Source of the DNA: Marsupella aquatica
Lineage: Eukaryota > Plantae > Marchantiophyta
Length of the DNA: 64,000 bases
Direction of reading: 5' to 3'
Assembly: GCA_973895155.1 (NCBI GenBank)
Contig: OZ316897.1
Span: 18,510,457 to 18,574,456, forward strand
In this document: piece after piece, positions 26,513-39,591 of the stretch
How the letters are laid out: every line of letters starts with the position of its first letter
Numbering within the stretch: the stretch's first letter is position 1
Program-made: the position numbers and the translations under genes
The notes under the pieces: generated by a model
What the model saw: only the letters and a program-made list of their open reading frames with translations
Database searches by the model: none
What the model was told of the DNA's origin: nothing

Positions 26513-26798
26513 TGTTGGAAACCACACGCTGTACTCTCACGTGAAGGCAGGAATAGGGCTGTTAAGGCCACTTTTCTTAGTTAGGTCCATCACTTAGAGT
26601 AGTACACTCACGCGGCACTCTCACCACTATGCGCATACCACTCTGCTCCCATTAGTGTTTGGCTGTTACACCCATAGACTTAGCCTCGGCTTGCCCTCCT
26701 ACCATTGATCTCGCTGATCTTTAGGCTCTCCGGGCACTACTTATACTGACCGCTACAGCGTCCTAAGTAATCATACAATTAGCAAGTAGATTCCAACA
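26513..26798 (+). repeat. 5' LTR of Copia A
   Basis: TGTTGGAAACC...GATTCCAACA followed directly by the tRNA-iMet PBS. Confidence 0.95.
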
Positions 26799-29021
26799 TG
26801 GTATCAGAGCCAGGGCTCTGAAAGACTAAGCTGCGTCTTAGTTATCTTAGAGATAGTGTAGTCGTCATTTAGACAGCGTCTCTGACTAGTGCATATCTAA
26901 CGAGATACGTGTAGCAGTAGAACTGAGTCCCGAACTGAGTGTGAATTCCTCAGACTCATCTACATTACATCTGTGATTGTCCAACATGGACCTACTTCAA
27001 CTATTCTCAGAGACCGACAAGCTCGATGGCTCTGTCAATCACATGACTTGGACCATAGTGGTCAAGAATCTCTTGAGAATTGAGAAGAGATGAACTGTTT
27101 GATGAGTTGAACTTCAGAGTGAAACCTGACGCCAATGGTGTCACAGTTGACGGTGGACTGCACCTGACCGCAGCTGAGAAGCAAAAGAAGAAGATTTGGG
27201 CAACCTCGATCCTAGCTGCTACAGTGAAGCCAAAGTTCTTACCGACCGTGGATCGATACACTGCAGATCCTGCCAAATGTTGGGCCCACTTCCAGCAGCG
27301 CTTTGGAGGAGACCTCATTCAACGCCAGTTGCTGATAGAGCAGAAGCTTCAAGGTGTCACCATGAGCAATGGTGGATCCGTTGAAGCTTACATCAACACC
27401 GTCAATGAGCTTGCTGGTCAACTATCCAGCATGGATGCAGAAGTAGACGAGACTCGTCTAATGCACATTGTGCTCAAAGGGCTTCCAATGTCGTGGGGCC
27501 CATTTGTCTGCATGTTCGGGGCTGATCTTTCTCGTACCCCAAAACCTACTTACTCCAATCTGGTTGAATGTCTTCAATCGAAAGAATATTGGAGGAAAGG
27601 GAAGCAGCAGCTTGACACTACTGAGGAGGCAATGGCGGTCACACGCCACTTTGGACGTGGTCGTGGGCGCTTTCAGTGCAATGACGGCCACTACCAGCCC
27701 CGTGGAAACCACGGCAACTATCGCCCTCCATGTCCAAATCTGAATCCCAATCCGGCTGCAGGCCGTGGGAGGAGACTTGGTAACTGCAACTACTGCAGTA
27801 AGACGGGCCACTGGGAAGCGGCCTGCGATCTTAAGAAGCTTGATGACCAGATTGCTGATTTACAGGTGAAGGCTGCAGGCATTCGATGTTTTTGACCCCA
27901 GACCAATGTTGTGGAACAGATTCTTGACGACGAAAATGACGACGAGGACCAGTATGCCACTGATGAAGGGGAGACAGTTGAAGTCAACTTCACAGAGATC
28001 AATACCAAACGTAGCTCTAGTGAGTGTATTTTAGATTCCGGTGCTAGTACTCATGTGAGCGGTGATAACGCTGTGTTTCATGATATCACCCAAAGAGCTC
28101 ACTCTGACTCTGTAACCACTGCCAATGGCGCTCAGCTTCCTGTAGCTGGCCAAGGCAGTGTCTCTGTTGATGATAATAAAGTTATTGCCAAAGTTTTGTA
28201 CGTCCCGGGTCTGAAACGCAATCTTCTCTCAATCGGCAATCTAACTGATGCAGGCCATCCCATTCTCTTTACCTCTAGTCTTGTTTCATATTTGATAAAG
28301 ACAATCCTCGAAATTAAAGTCTTTCTTCAAGGCACTAGGGATCCTCGGAACAAGCTTTACAAGCTTCGACGACGCCTGCCAACTATCACTCCTCCGAGCT
28401 CACCATTACGAGTCCAACTTCGCCGCTGCTCTACTAAATCAGCACTCATCTTCAATACTGAAATTCTGACTTCAGTCCCGACCTCTCCTCTGGACCTTGT
28501 TGATCTTTGGCATCGACGCATGTCAACTATCAAATGGTTCATCACATGTCCAAGGGCTCTTTAGTTACTGGCATTCTACTCCTACCACGAGTAAAACGAT
28601 CATGCCACACTTGTACACTTGCAAAGCACCATCGGGAGAAAGTTCCAAAAACGTCAATGATCAAGGACTTCCCGACCCTTGCAGCTCATTCATACAGATC
28701 TTGGAGGTCCTGCTTCTTCCAAGTATATTCTTACCTTCATTGATGACTTTACTCGCTTTACGTGGGTATATTTCTTATCTCTGAAAAGTGAGACCTTAGG
28801 CGTCTTTAAGCAGTTCCGCCTACTGGTTGAGAATAACTTCTCTCATAAAATTAGTTGTCTCCATTCTGACCGTGGTGGCGAGTATATGTCCACCGAATTT
28901 GTTGACTTTTGCAGACACCATGGCATTCGTAGGCAGTTTACAGTAGCTGATGCCCCGCATCAAACTGGGGTTGTTGAACGGAAAAATTGCACTCTTCTTG
29001 AAGGTGCTCGGAGCATTCTTC

Positions 29022-29943
29022 TGTAGTATAGATGGAAGAACCAAAAGTGATACTTCTCACTTAAAGACTAAAATATCTATCCCTTTAAGAACATAATTGG
29101 ATTGGATTGAATAGTTTTATACTTTTGAGAGCTTTAGAGCCTCTTGTTCTCTATTTCTCTTACTTACTCCTAACAGAGTAAATAATTCTATCAAAACACC
29201 AGTACAAAAACTTTTGAGTTATAGATGGAGATAAACTTAGACTGAGATGATTTAATTATTATTTTAATATTGTCACTCCTTAAGGAAGTACTCTAGACTT
29301 ATTATATATATAAAATAATAACTTCCAACCACTCTCTAATCATCTTTTCTCTAACCTATAATAATGTTGGATTTAAGACCTCTGCTCACCAAACTCAGAG
29401 TAGCTTGTTGATTACAAATGCAAAGATAAGTCTTAAGATGTCGTCAACATGATTTGATTAAATGTGATACACAACTTAAGTCAAATTATAAGATTTATTG
29501 CAGTGCATAGTAACGGTATTAATTCCTGTGAAAATGGAATTTTGCTTCTCACAATTACAACATTCATCCTCGAATTGGCTAGCAAATCTCGTCACAACGA
29601 GCAAGCCTAGCAGTGAACTCGATGTGAATCTCAAAAGCAAATCATTAAACTCAATCATCACAAAAGAGTCTTGAATTTAATCATACTTCAAAATCAAAGC
29701 TTTATTTCCATACAAGACTTTGACTCTCAATGACTTGTTACAATGGAAGGAGAAAATTTGCTATCAAGATTTCAGACATTTCTGAGATCCTTATCATTTT
29801 AAATAAAATAGGAGGAGATTCAACTTCTTAATCTGCATTCAACACTTGGAATCGGTGCAGAAACTAGTTTTCTTCACAAAAAAGGTTGCAAAAATCCAAG
29901 AATAAGCTCCAGTTGAAGAAATCCAAAAAAGTGTCCATCCACA
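29022..29943. mobile_element. AT-rich insert of about 0.92 kb in the Copia A integrase, solo-LTR-like
   Basis: The integrase reads ARSILL, then the insert, then SSNIPSTLWTESVCTANYIQNR. Insert ends are TGTAGTATAGATGG...CCATCCACA, flanked by TCTTC/CCTTC. Confidence 0.7.
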
Positions 29944-32183
29944 CCTTCTCAGTTCCAACATTCCATCTACGCTCTGGACCGAAAGTGTTTGCACTGCAAA
30001 CTACATTCAAAATCGGTCCGGCAGGAAGGCTCTTCATCAGACCACTCCGTTTCAAGCTCTTCACGGTACAAAACCTGATCTTGGTCACCTTCGTGTCATT
30101 GGTTGCAAAGCATTTGTACTCATCCCAACTTCACAGCGCCCCAAGCTAGGTAAGGGGCTAAGGCAATTCCCACTATTCTTCTTGGCTATGATGAGCAGTC
30201 CAAGGCCTATCGCTAGTACGACACTGCTAGACAGCGTATAATCATATCCAAGGATGTTAATTACATTCAATGAGAACACCATGGGTCTTCCCATCTCTAC
30301 TAGGCCCTCCGGTCCCGATGTCTTCACCAGGCTACTATCAACACTCGTTGAGGACCCTGTCGATCATCCATGTCATCTCCATGTTAACCCTCCACCTCCC
30401 GGACCTCTTGTTCTAGAGGGGGAAATTGTTCTTGAACGAGAGCAAGTTCAACAGATGTTCCTGGACGTGAGCAAGCTCAACATGAAGTCCTTCCTGAAAA
30501 CATGCATGCAGATGGTCCCACACCTGCACAACCCAACATCGTCCCTGCCGTCTAACACTCACTACAGGCTCACCGTCCACCACCCTGGCATGAAGACTAC
30601 GACATGAGCACAAACCTAGTTGAATCTGCCAGTCCAGAATGTGAGCAGCTCTCCCCCGAAGCAGCCCTCAACCATGTCGGATGGAAGAAGGCTATGGAGG
30701 AAGAATTGCATCACTTTTGAAAATGGGGACATGGGAACTTGTTTACCTCCCCGCTGGACACAGAGCCCTTACGGCAAAATGGGTGTTTCGGGCCAAACCT
30801 GAATCTACAAGGTTCTGACTCAAAGCAAGGTTAGTTGCCCGTGGATTTGAGCAAAAGTTTGGTGTTGACTACAATGAGACATTTGCTCCAGTGGTAAAGT
30901 GGTCGACGCTTCGTACCATTGTTGCCTTAGCTGTTGCAAATGGATGGCCCCTCCATCACATGGACGTCGTCACTGCTTTTCTAAATGGGACCCTTACGGA
31001 GGAGATTTACATGCATCAACCACAAGGCTTTGTGGTTCCAGGCAAGGAGGGTATGGTCTGTAAACTCCGACAATCTCTCTATGGGTTAAAGCAATCACCT
31101 TGGGCATGGTATGAAGAAATCGACTCTCATCTACAATCTAGAGGGTGGACACGGAGTCTAGCTGATTCAGATCTCTACTTTCGACATCATGAAAGACACA
31201 TCGTCATAATCATGCTCTATATCGATGACCTCCTTCTCAGCGGCAGTTGTTCCGCTCAGATTGCTGATGTCAAGGCTCACCTTCGCCAAAAGTATCACAT
31301 GAAGGACCTTGGCTTGGCTCAAAAGTATCTCGGTATTGAGTTTCTCCCCACTCCCACGGGCTTAATTCTTCACCAGATGGCCTATTGTGACCAACTGGTT
31401 CAAGAATTTGGAATGCAAGACTCTAAACTCGAGCATATTCCGCTTCCAGAGGGGCACGTCTTAACCAGTGAAACTGGCACACCATCCATGGATGTCACTG
31501 ACTATATATTGCCATGCTGTGGGAAAACTGATCTTTCTCACTCATACTCGACCTGATATTGCCTATGCTGTTGGCATTGTGAGCCGCTATATGTCTTGTC
31601 CACAACAATGCCAGTGGGAATCTGTCAAGCACATTCTTCGCTACCTCAAAGGCACTTCCGACTTTGGCATACACTTTCAGCGCTCCACCTCACTCTCCTC
31701 TCTTCAAGGATTTACCGACGCTGACTTTCTTGGCTGCTGTGACACTCGTCACTCCCGTGGGGCATACTTACTTCAATTGGCCAACGGGCCCATTTCTTGG
31801 TCCAACAAACTTCAAACAATTGTATCGGATAACAACACTGAAGCTGAGTACAAGCTAGGCTTTATCTGAGGGTACCAAGGAGGCTGTGTATGTGCGCCGA
31901 CTGCTTATGGAACTCAATGACACATCTGGAACTCCTAAGGTACCTATTGGCCTTTCTAATTCCACCATTCATGACAACCTCGCTCACGCATCCACTTCTA
32001 CTTCTCTCAATGTTCATTTGCATTGCGACAATCAGGGCTCCATCAAGCTGGCCAAAAATCCGGTATTTGACGCACGTACCAAACATATTGAGGGGAAGCA
32101 TAATTTTGTTCGCGAAAGAGTGCTAGAGGGGGAAATCACGCTGTCATACATCAATACAACAGAAAATCCTGCAGATCTGTTAA

Positions 32184-32404
32184 AACACAACTTGCTATAT
32201 ATAAGGGGAAGTGTCCAAGACCTCCCCCTTTTTCCACATTTCAATGTTAAACCACAACTTGCCGTATATAAGGGGAAGTGTCCAAGACCTCCCTCTTTTT
32301 CCACATTTCAATCACTGTTGTCCTCTAGCATGCCAGTTTCCTCCACAATTTTAGGAAAAATCTACTTTTAATGGTAGGGCCAGCTTTTGAAGGGCAGTTG
32401 TGGT
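32184..32404. mobile_element. TTAA-inserting MITE in the Copia A RNase H
   Basis: TIRs A(A/C)CACAACT...AGTTGTGGT, flanked by TTAA. Removal restores ADLLTKPLSRPKF. The left end is internally duplicated, and the core resembles the MITE at 18626. Confidence 0.85.
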
Positions 32405-32497
32405 TTAACAAAACCACTATCACGTCCCAAATTTGGAAAACATCGGCGATTTATTGGGGTTACATCGATTTCGGAAGTACAGGGTAAATCCTAAATC

Positions 32498-32907
32498 CTA
32501 GTGCAACATATCTGCTCTATATTGCTCTATGTAGTACTCTGCCTCCTGAATAGTCCGGAACTCTTGATGACAATTTCCGGAGTAACCACTGACCTCGCGG
32601 TTTGCATCCGCCCATGAGAAATAGATTCCTGGGTTGCGCCCTACTGCCACTGCGTAGAAACGACGTTTATACAACAAAGGCATCTCTGGTCCCCGCATTG
32701 GACCAGCCGGTTGTCGAGTACCCAATGCAGACTCAGAGGGGGTATCTGACAACGCGACTACTGCACCTTCGCACATTTGCCTGGACTCACCAGGAATCAC
32801 CGACAATAACTCTTCATGTGATGACACCTTCCCCTGTGGCTCTGACTTTTGCAATTTTGGATCTTGTTCCTGAGAGCGGATCCATTCCGCCAATTTGCTA
32901 CAAACAT
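32498..32907 (-). CDS. Antisense ORF in the Copia A 3' region encoding an RNase H1 N-terminal hybrid-binding (Cauli_VI/viroplasmin-like) domain
   Basis: RRFYAVAVGRNPGIYFSWADANREVSGYSGNCHQEFRTIQEAEYYI matches the FYAV..GR.PGIY..W..C..QV.GY......F.T..EA signature. Confidence 0.75.
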
Positions 32908-34572
32908 TAGTATATATCAAACTGCCAAAAAACAGAGGGCGCCAAACCGGGAGACATGATCCCTCAGGCAAAAGACCCAATCAAGGGGGGAGACCACCAA
33001 GGGGCCAAGAAAAGCAAACCCAAAGACAGGAACCCAAACGCCTACCTATCAGCAAACTGGAGAGCCTGGTAAAGCTCCGGTGTGAACTGCATGGGGGGGT
33101 CAAGCAAAGGAATCCTACTAGCGGCCCTAAGACCAACAGCCTCCCCCCTACAAAGAATAGTGAACACCTGTGCCCGTTGAAGCGCAACAGACACCCTCTG
33201 TCTAAAGAATGCAGTGATGACAGACACAGGGGGATAGGGCCTCCGCTTGACGTACTGAACTGCGCAAGAGCAAAGAAAACGGTTAAAGGATGGGTGTAGC
33301 ACCCCAAAGACCTCCACGGCAAACGGATAGAAGAGGTCCTCGGGGTACCGCATAGCATAGGCCTCCTCCTTCAGCCGAGTTGCCCTCGCGGCGGCATGGC
33401 CTGGTACATGAGCCGCCGAAGCCACGTTGGCCCCACTAGTCGGATCAGCAACAACGACATCCCCAAGGGCATGAACACCAGCGCGAGAGAATACCAAATC
33501 TGCTCGACGACGATCAGAAACCCCATCCCGTGGAGGTAACACATGTCTCTGCTCCATCATGACATGGTACCCAGAATCACGGGCAATGGCCGCCACCACG
33601 TCCCGAATGTCGTCGTGTGTCGCAGTCCTCTCACTACCATGACTGCACCTGAGAATGTGAATGCCTTGCCCATCAAGGGGCGTTCCACAGACGCAAGTGG
33701 GCTGACCCAAGAGGCAAGGGTGAGGAAGACCCAACCGAAGGCACGTGGATGTGGTAAAAATAAAAGAACTCATACGAAAGGGGGCCCAAAGAGGACTCGC
33801 CGATAGTCAAGCCCCCGAACCAGCGCCCGAACCGGATAAAAGACGTGCCTGTACCAAATCCGAGGGTGCCTCAGAAAGCATGCTGAAAAGGACCACACTC
33901 TGCACGTCCTCGGGCAATAATGACCGTGCATGACGAAGCTGGACCTGAAAAGGGAGAGCTCCGTTCTCCACTCCCATGACCGAGTCAGAGAGGATAGGCC
34001 GAAGGTCCACAATGAAACGTGAGGCCAGGGCAGGGGCCACCTGCGCCCAACTACCAAGAAACGCGCAAGGGGCAGTGTCCACTGCTAAGGCCACCCCCAT
34101 ACCACCTCCCGATGGGGGTAACGCAACCTGCCTAGCCGCAAAAGAACCATCCTCTCCATCAAGGGCTCCCGGACCAATGAGGTGACCAAAGACTCTAATC
34201 ACAGTGGTGTCAAATGAAGAGAGTAAGGACAGGAACATCGCGGTAGGAGGGACTGTCCGTAAAAGATAGGAAAGACGCCAAACAAAACATAGGACCAGGA
34301 TCAAAAAGGAGATCTGGGCATCCCCCATGGACGCCAACTGGTCAATATGCAAAACGTCCTGGGACAGGGTCGCTAGAAGAAAATCCTGCTCAAAGATCGC
34401 TCCCCCGAAAGGCACCCCAAGGACTCTAATGCCCTCGAGCCGAATGGGTATACCAAGAGGTGGGGTGAAAGAGTGGGGGAGGGGGAGACGAGACCAATGT
34501 GCACCACACGAAAGACATGTCCAAGCGCTGTAACGCCTGCACTAAGGGACCTGATCACCACGAGACGGAGCG
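32908..34572 (-). mobile_element. 5'-truncated CRE/SLACS-like non-LTR retrotransposon with a restriction-like endonuclease
   Basis: RT C-terminus/thumb (YLLRTVPP, RQVALPPSGGGMGV), CxC..H..C finger (CVCG...HILRC), RTATHD, RRADL..GDVVV, FYPFAVEVFG and RQRVSVALQRAQ. 3' end TGATATATACTA; flanked by ACAT on both sides. Frameshifted. Confidence 0.85.
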
Positions 34573-34645
34573 ACATCTTTGCCTCTCTCCTTCTCTGCAA
34601 AGACCTCTCCTGCCCCTAATCCTCTCTTACTCACTCGAGAGGGGG

Positions 34646-34927
34646 TGTTGGAAACCACACGCTGTACTCGTTACGTAAAGGCAGGAACAGGGCTGTTAAG
34701 GCCACTCTCTTTAGTTGGGTCCATCACTTAGAGTAGTACACTCACACGGCACTCTCACCACTATGCGCATACTACTCTGCTCCCATTAGTGTTTGGCTGT
34801 TACACCCGTAGACTTAGGCTTGCCCTCCTACCATTGATCTCGCTGATCTTTAGGCTCTCCGGGCACTACTTATACCGACCGCTACAGCCTCCTAAGTAAT
34901 CAGACAATTAGCAAGTAGATTCCAACA
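34646..34927 (+). repeat. 3' LTR of Copia A
   Basis: Near-copy of 26513-26798, preceded by the PPT and followed by the TSD GGATC. Confidence 0.95.
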
Positions 34928-35867
34928 GGATCGCCCATGGAAAAGCGAAGAAAGCAGGCGGCACAATGCCTTGGCGTTCGGGCCTGCTAACCGGGACGTG
35001 GTTGCTATTGCTTCAAGCTCTGATTTTGTTGTTTTGGTCATTATTCTAATTTGCAGACGCCTACTAAAAGCGAAAGGAGTGATCGCGAGACCCGCTCAAA
35101 CACCAAGTAGGCAAGTCTGTGGACACTATTCAACAGAAGACCTCAAGTGCACAGCTGTTTGCCCGAGTCAATAACAGAATACGTGCTGGTATATCTAAAT
35201 TAATGAAAAGAGGATTGCGCAGCAGCATCGGCTGCTAGCACTTGGCTGGTAGTGATATAGCTGTTGTTTTCTATGTACTGTAGACGTTAGGACCTAAGGT
35301 TTCGATTCGAGAAAGAAAAGAGAACGAGAAAGTCAAATAGTAATTCTTTACTTGTCACTGCATTTACAGATTGATACCGAGTATCCAAAACGGTAGCACC
35401 GGCGCAGTAAGTGCACCCATAGACTGAGTAGAAACAGAGTCTAGAATGATGAAGACCCAACGCCGGGTGCATTCCCCCATATTCTGCTCACAGCTGGTCT
35501 TGAGGGAAAACGCGAGCGCTTCGTTCTGTGAATGGTATAATAAAGGCAATGTTGCGGCTTTGGTGTACCTGTCCCATCTGGTTATTAAATTTTTCTGGTT
35601 GAAGCATTCATGTCGGTTGGGATTGTTTACTGTACTCACGGCAGTGGTTCTTCCCAGTCAGATAATGACTGGTAGCCTGTTACGTATGGAAAACGTAACA
35701 TGGACGTCACTCGCTGAGCCACATGTGTGAAAGCGAACTGGTGCGAAATATGTCTCCGAAACATAAGAGTAAAGATTTCAGGTGATAGTGGAGGAGAATC
35801 GATTACACACACGACGAGAGCAGATTGGATACATTGATACCTGGTGACTAATCAACATTGAGGCTGA

Positions 35868-38800
35868 ATGGGTTCGCTTGATCGTCGGCCTAATGCTTTG
35901 GTGATTCCTCTGCCGCATCAAGGGCATTGGAATCCCATGAAGATATTCATCCTGCAGCTGGTCAACATGCACATATCAGTCACAGTGTTGTGCACACCGT
36001 ATCAGATCTCGGAGCTGCAGCAATTGACAAATGAAGCAGAATTCGATTGGTTGCATTATGTGGAGCTTGTGGAAGCTTTCAGTGATCCTCCAAAACAGAG
36101 ACTGTTGAAGACGGTTGACACATTGAGGCTGATGAAGGAGGAGTTTTGGATGCAGCCTGCTTTCAAGGAGAACCTCATTGCACAGAAATATGCCGGAACT
36201 GGACCCACTTTCCTCGTCGCTGACATGTTCTTGTATTGGACTCAGGTATTCCGTATGCCATGCCACCACTGCCCATCTTCTTCGCTGCGCAGTCTACCTC
36301 AATTTTGTGTTAGGTTGCTCTTAACTTTTCCATTTTGTCTGAACGAAAGCGTTTACGAGACTTTCGTCCTTGTTGGTCTGTCATCTATGCCTTTGAACAG
36401 GAGGAGCTGCTCTCCCCCCCGTACTCTCCCCTCTCGTAGCTCACTGGAGAGGGGTACTAGCTCAGGCGCACGGCATTTTCTCAAATCTGAACTGACTACC
36501 CTTCACCGAATGTCATTCAATGATTATTCTTGCATTCCAATGTCCTCATGCTGTTCGACTGTGCTAGGTTGTGCCCATGTAGGTCGTTCAGTTGTCCAAC
36601 AGACGGACAAGGGATCGACGGTGTTCCGATCACAGAGATGAATCCTATTGCACCCATACAGCCCTTTGTTAGTCCATTCGTATCATAGACACAAACTGTG
36701 GTGTTGACTGCTGGGGATTCATCCCCGTAGTGATGGGAGAATTTGGTCCGTGAGTGCAGGACATTGCAGATCAATTGGGAATTCCCAGATACACATTTTT
36801 CACATCGCCGACGACTTTCGCACTGGTAGTTCTGCACGCCCCGGATCTGATTGCTTATGATCCGAGCGTCACTCAGAAACCAGATGTGGAGGTGAACTTA
36901 ACAGGGATGAAAGTATTTCGTGCTTCTGACATCTGCACAGCGGTATTTGCAATCCCAGAAACGTACACATTACATTCAAAATATCTTTCAAAGGCAGCTG
37001 GAATTCTGATTAACTCTTGGGAATCGTACGAGGTGGAAGAAGTTAAAGCTCTTCGCACTTGCCTGGAGAAAGTTGTGGGCGATGCCAAGGTACGGGATGG
37101 GTGCTCCTCATTGGCGTGATTTTCTAGTACTCATAGCGAATCCTGATTGCCAGCTGAAGCAAATCGATCTGCCAGCTTAGAAATATAATCAAATGAGCCA
37201 GTCAAGTAGACTGCTAGAGGAACTCTGGTTTCCCACGCCCTGGTCCTACAGTCACGAAAGACTGACGAAGAGAGAAGAGCACCGGCGAAAGTGTGGGGAA
37301 CTTATGAATGAATGTACAGAATTTTAGGGTCCAAGATGCCAAACCAACTGGCCACAGTTGCAGAAATGGCTTTCAACGAGCCAAATGGAATCTAAGCTCC
37401 TCACGAAACCTACAACAAATCATAGCAAATTGTCCCCCATAATCATCTGCGAGGCTGGGATAGCAAAAGCCTGGAATGAAAAAAAGTATGTGAATTACTT
37501 AGATCCTTCAGATTGAGCACTCCTCCAACAGAACAAGAACTTGAGAATCCAAATGCAGACTGCTCTGGTGTCTGGTGTCTCATTCTCTTGAAGATGTGTG
37601 CAGGTCCCAAGCATACATCTCATTGGCCCTCTGCAGTGTCTTCCAGTTCACCGTGTCGTTCAAAGCAGGAGGGAGGCGACGGCAGAGACGGACGACTCAG
37701 GATGCTTGCGCTTTCTCGACACACAACCCGCAAGGTCTGTTCTCTACGTCTGCTTTGGCAGCGTGGCAGAGCTTGACCAAACCTCCGTAACCGAGCTGGC
37801 ACGAGCGCTGGAGCTCTGTGAAGAGCCCTTCTTGTGGATCTTGCCACGCCCAAATCGAACCAGAAATTCAACATCCTATGATGTGTCCGACATTCTTCCG
37901 CAAGGCTTTCAATCGAGAACCAAGGAAAGAGGACTCGTGTGCCCAGACTGGGCTCCACAGCGGGAGATCCTTGCACACTCATCCGTGGGCGGCTTCATTT
38001 CTCATTGTGGCTGGAATTCATTAGTGGAAGCTATTCTCGCCGGCGTTGCTGTTATTCCATGGCCTTATGGGGCAGAGCAATTCATGAACGCCAGGTATGT
38101 CTTGGTTCTTGAGAGCATGAGCTCCACTTTCCTGCAATCCCCTCTCCTACTAAGCTGAAAATTGTGTTAAGAGTTTACCAGCAGATAAATCAAATTTCAC
38201 GCTTCTCAATTTCATCAAGTTTAGACTCAGGAAATTGATCAAAGTCATGCCACTATCTACTTATTATGACGTAGATAGTGTCATCAATTTCATAGCTCTA
38301 CTCAATGGATAGTAGTAGATAAATAAAATCATGCTTGGCTGCTGTCACTTTTTCCAAAACCTTCACATCTTCAGCTGACTATGGAGTCTAAACAACTGTT
38401 TGTGACTTCGTGAGGTCTACCACGACCTCAAGGAGTATATGTCAGCATTAATTGGCGGAACAAGTGAAATTAATTTATTGGTTTTTTGGGGAAGAGAGAT
38501 TCACAAACTGAAGTTACCTTTCTGTCTTCGTACACGACTACAGTCCTGAGCTCTAGCCAGCGTCCTTCATATCAGAAAGGCTTCAACTGTTCTGATCATC
38601 AAATGCGCTTCGGCCTAGATCGAGAGTCTATGGATTGAAGGACCTAATCTTTGAGGGGTTCGAGTGGTGCAGATTCGTGGTCGAAGTGGCAAAAGTAGGA
38701 GTGCGGATACAGCCGGCTGCTGATGGTGATTTCAAAGCAGAGGAGATTGCAAAGGCAGTGAGAATCCTCATGAATTCAGACGAAGGGAAGGAGACGAAGC

Positions 38801-38904
38801 TGAGAATCCAAGAGCTGAAGAGAACAGTAGAAATGGCCGTTGGGGAGGGTGGGTCGTCGCTCAGAGCTCTGCAATCCTTTCAAGCGGAAGTGTCTAGTCT
38901 ATAG
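35868..38904 (+). CDS. Family-1 UDP-glycosyltransferase, 4 exons
   Basis: Exons 35868-36245, 36760-37089, 37604-38094 and 38673-38904. N-terminal PLPHQGHWNPM, FLVADMF, SVLYVCFGS and PSPG box WAPQREILAHSSVGGFISHCGWNSLVEAILAGVAVIPWPYGAEQ. Confidence 0.93.
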
Positions 38905-39487
38905 CTTAGTGATTAGTTACGATCGGATGTACACTCTTCACCTAATTGCTGTTACTCACACCAATTCTTAGACTAATTCAAGATACATTTTTGGGCTCTG
39001 GTCATGACTTAGTGTAGTCACACTAATTGTATTATAACACATATAACACAAATTTGAAGCATAAGAGTGTGTTACCTTGGTTTCAAGAGTGGAAAAAACC
39101 TTTTGTTGAAAACTAAGCAAGAATTAGTGTTACTTTAGACTCAAGACACCCACTTTTTTACTAGTACTCTGAAACAAAAGTGTAAAAGAACTGTTTTGAA
39201 AATCCCACAAAAATTAGTGTTCTTTGGATTCAAGATCACTTTTACCAAAATTAGTGTTAGTAGTGCTAATTCTCATATAACACTAATTACAGTGAACAAT
39301 GTAGTTCTATGAGCAAAAGGTTTTCTTTGAGCTGGTTGGTCCATTCAGGACCTTTGACTCCACTCGCCCTTGTCCTCACTACGGGCTCTCAAACCTCCAA
39401 ATCTGATGGACTTCAACTCAAGTAGTTAAGGTCACGGACCAAAAACATTATAGACTAGGCTCTTTTGGCCATCCTCAACTTTGAAGC

Positions 39488-39591
39488 GTTGAGATGCCTT
39501 ACTCACCCAATGCGTGTTGATATAGTAATTGATGTTGAGTTGAGATGCCTTACTCACCCAATGCGTGTTGATATAGTAATTGATGTTGAGT
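39488..39591. repeat. Tandem duplication, 2 x 51 bp
   Basis: GTTGAGATGCCTTACTCACCCAATGCGTGTTGATATAGTAATTGATGTTGA occurs twice. Confidence 0.85.

Larger units (their letters stand above)
26513..34927 (+). mobile_element. Ty1/Copia LTR retrotransposon 'A', degenerate, with nested insertions
   Basis: TG...CA LTRs at 26513-26798 and 34646-34927, TSD GGATC on both sides, PBS TGGTATCAGAGC at 26799, PPT GAGAGGGGG. Order is gag (CNYCSKTGHWEAAC), PR (ILDSGAS), INT (HTDL..SDRGGEY..ERKN), RT (YGLKQ, YIDD), RNase H (HCDNQG, ADLL). Several frameshifts and stops. Confidence 0.95.

Noticed and set aside
27893-27895. In-frame TGA after gag in Copia A as another readthrough site
   Set aside because: Only one copy is available, the element is heavily decayed, the context differs from B and C, and a CGA>TGA mutation explains it.
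32908-32980. N-terminus of the tracked 160-aa ORF (MGLLPEGS...)
   Set aside because: It derives from the CRE 3' UTR. The native upstream frame lies beyond 34573.
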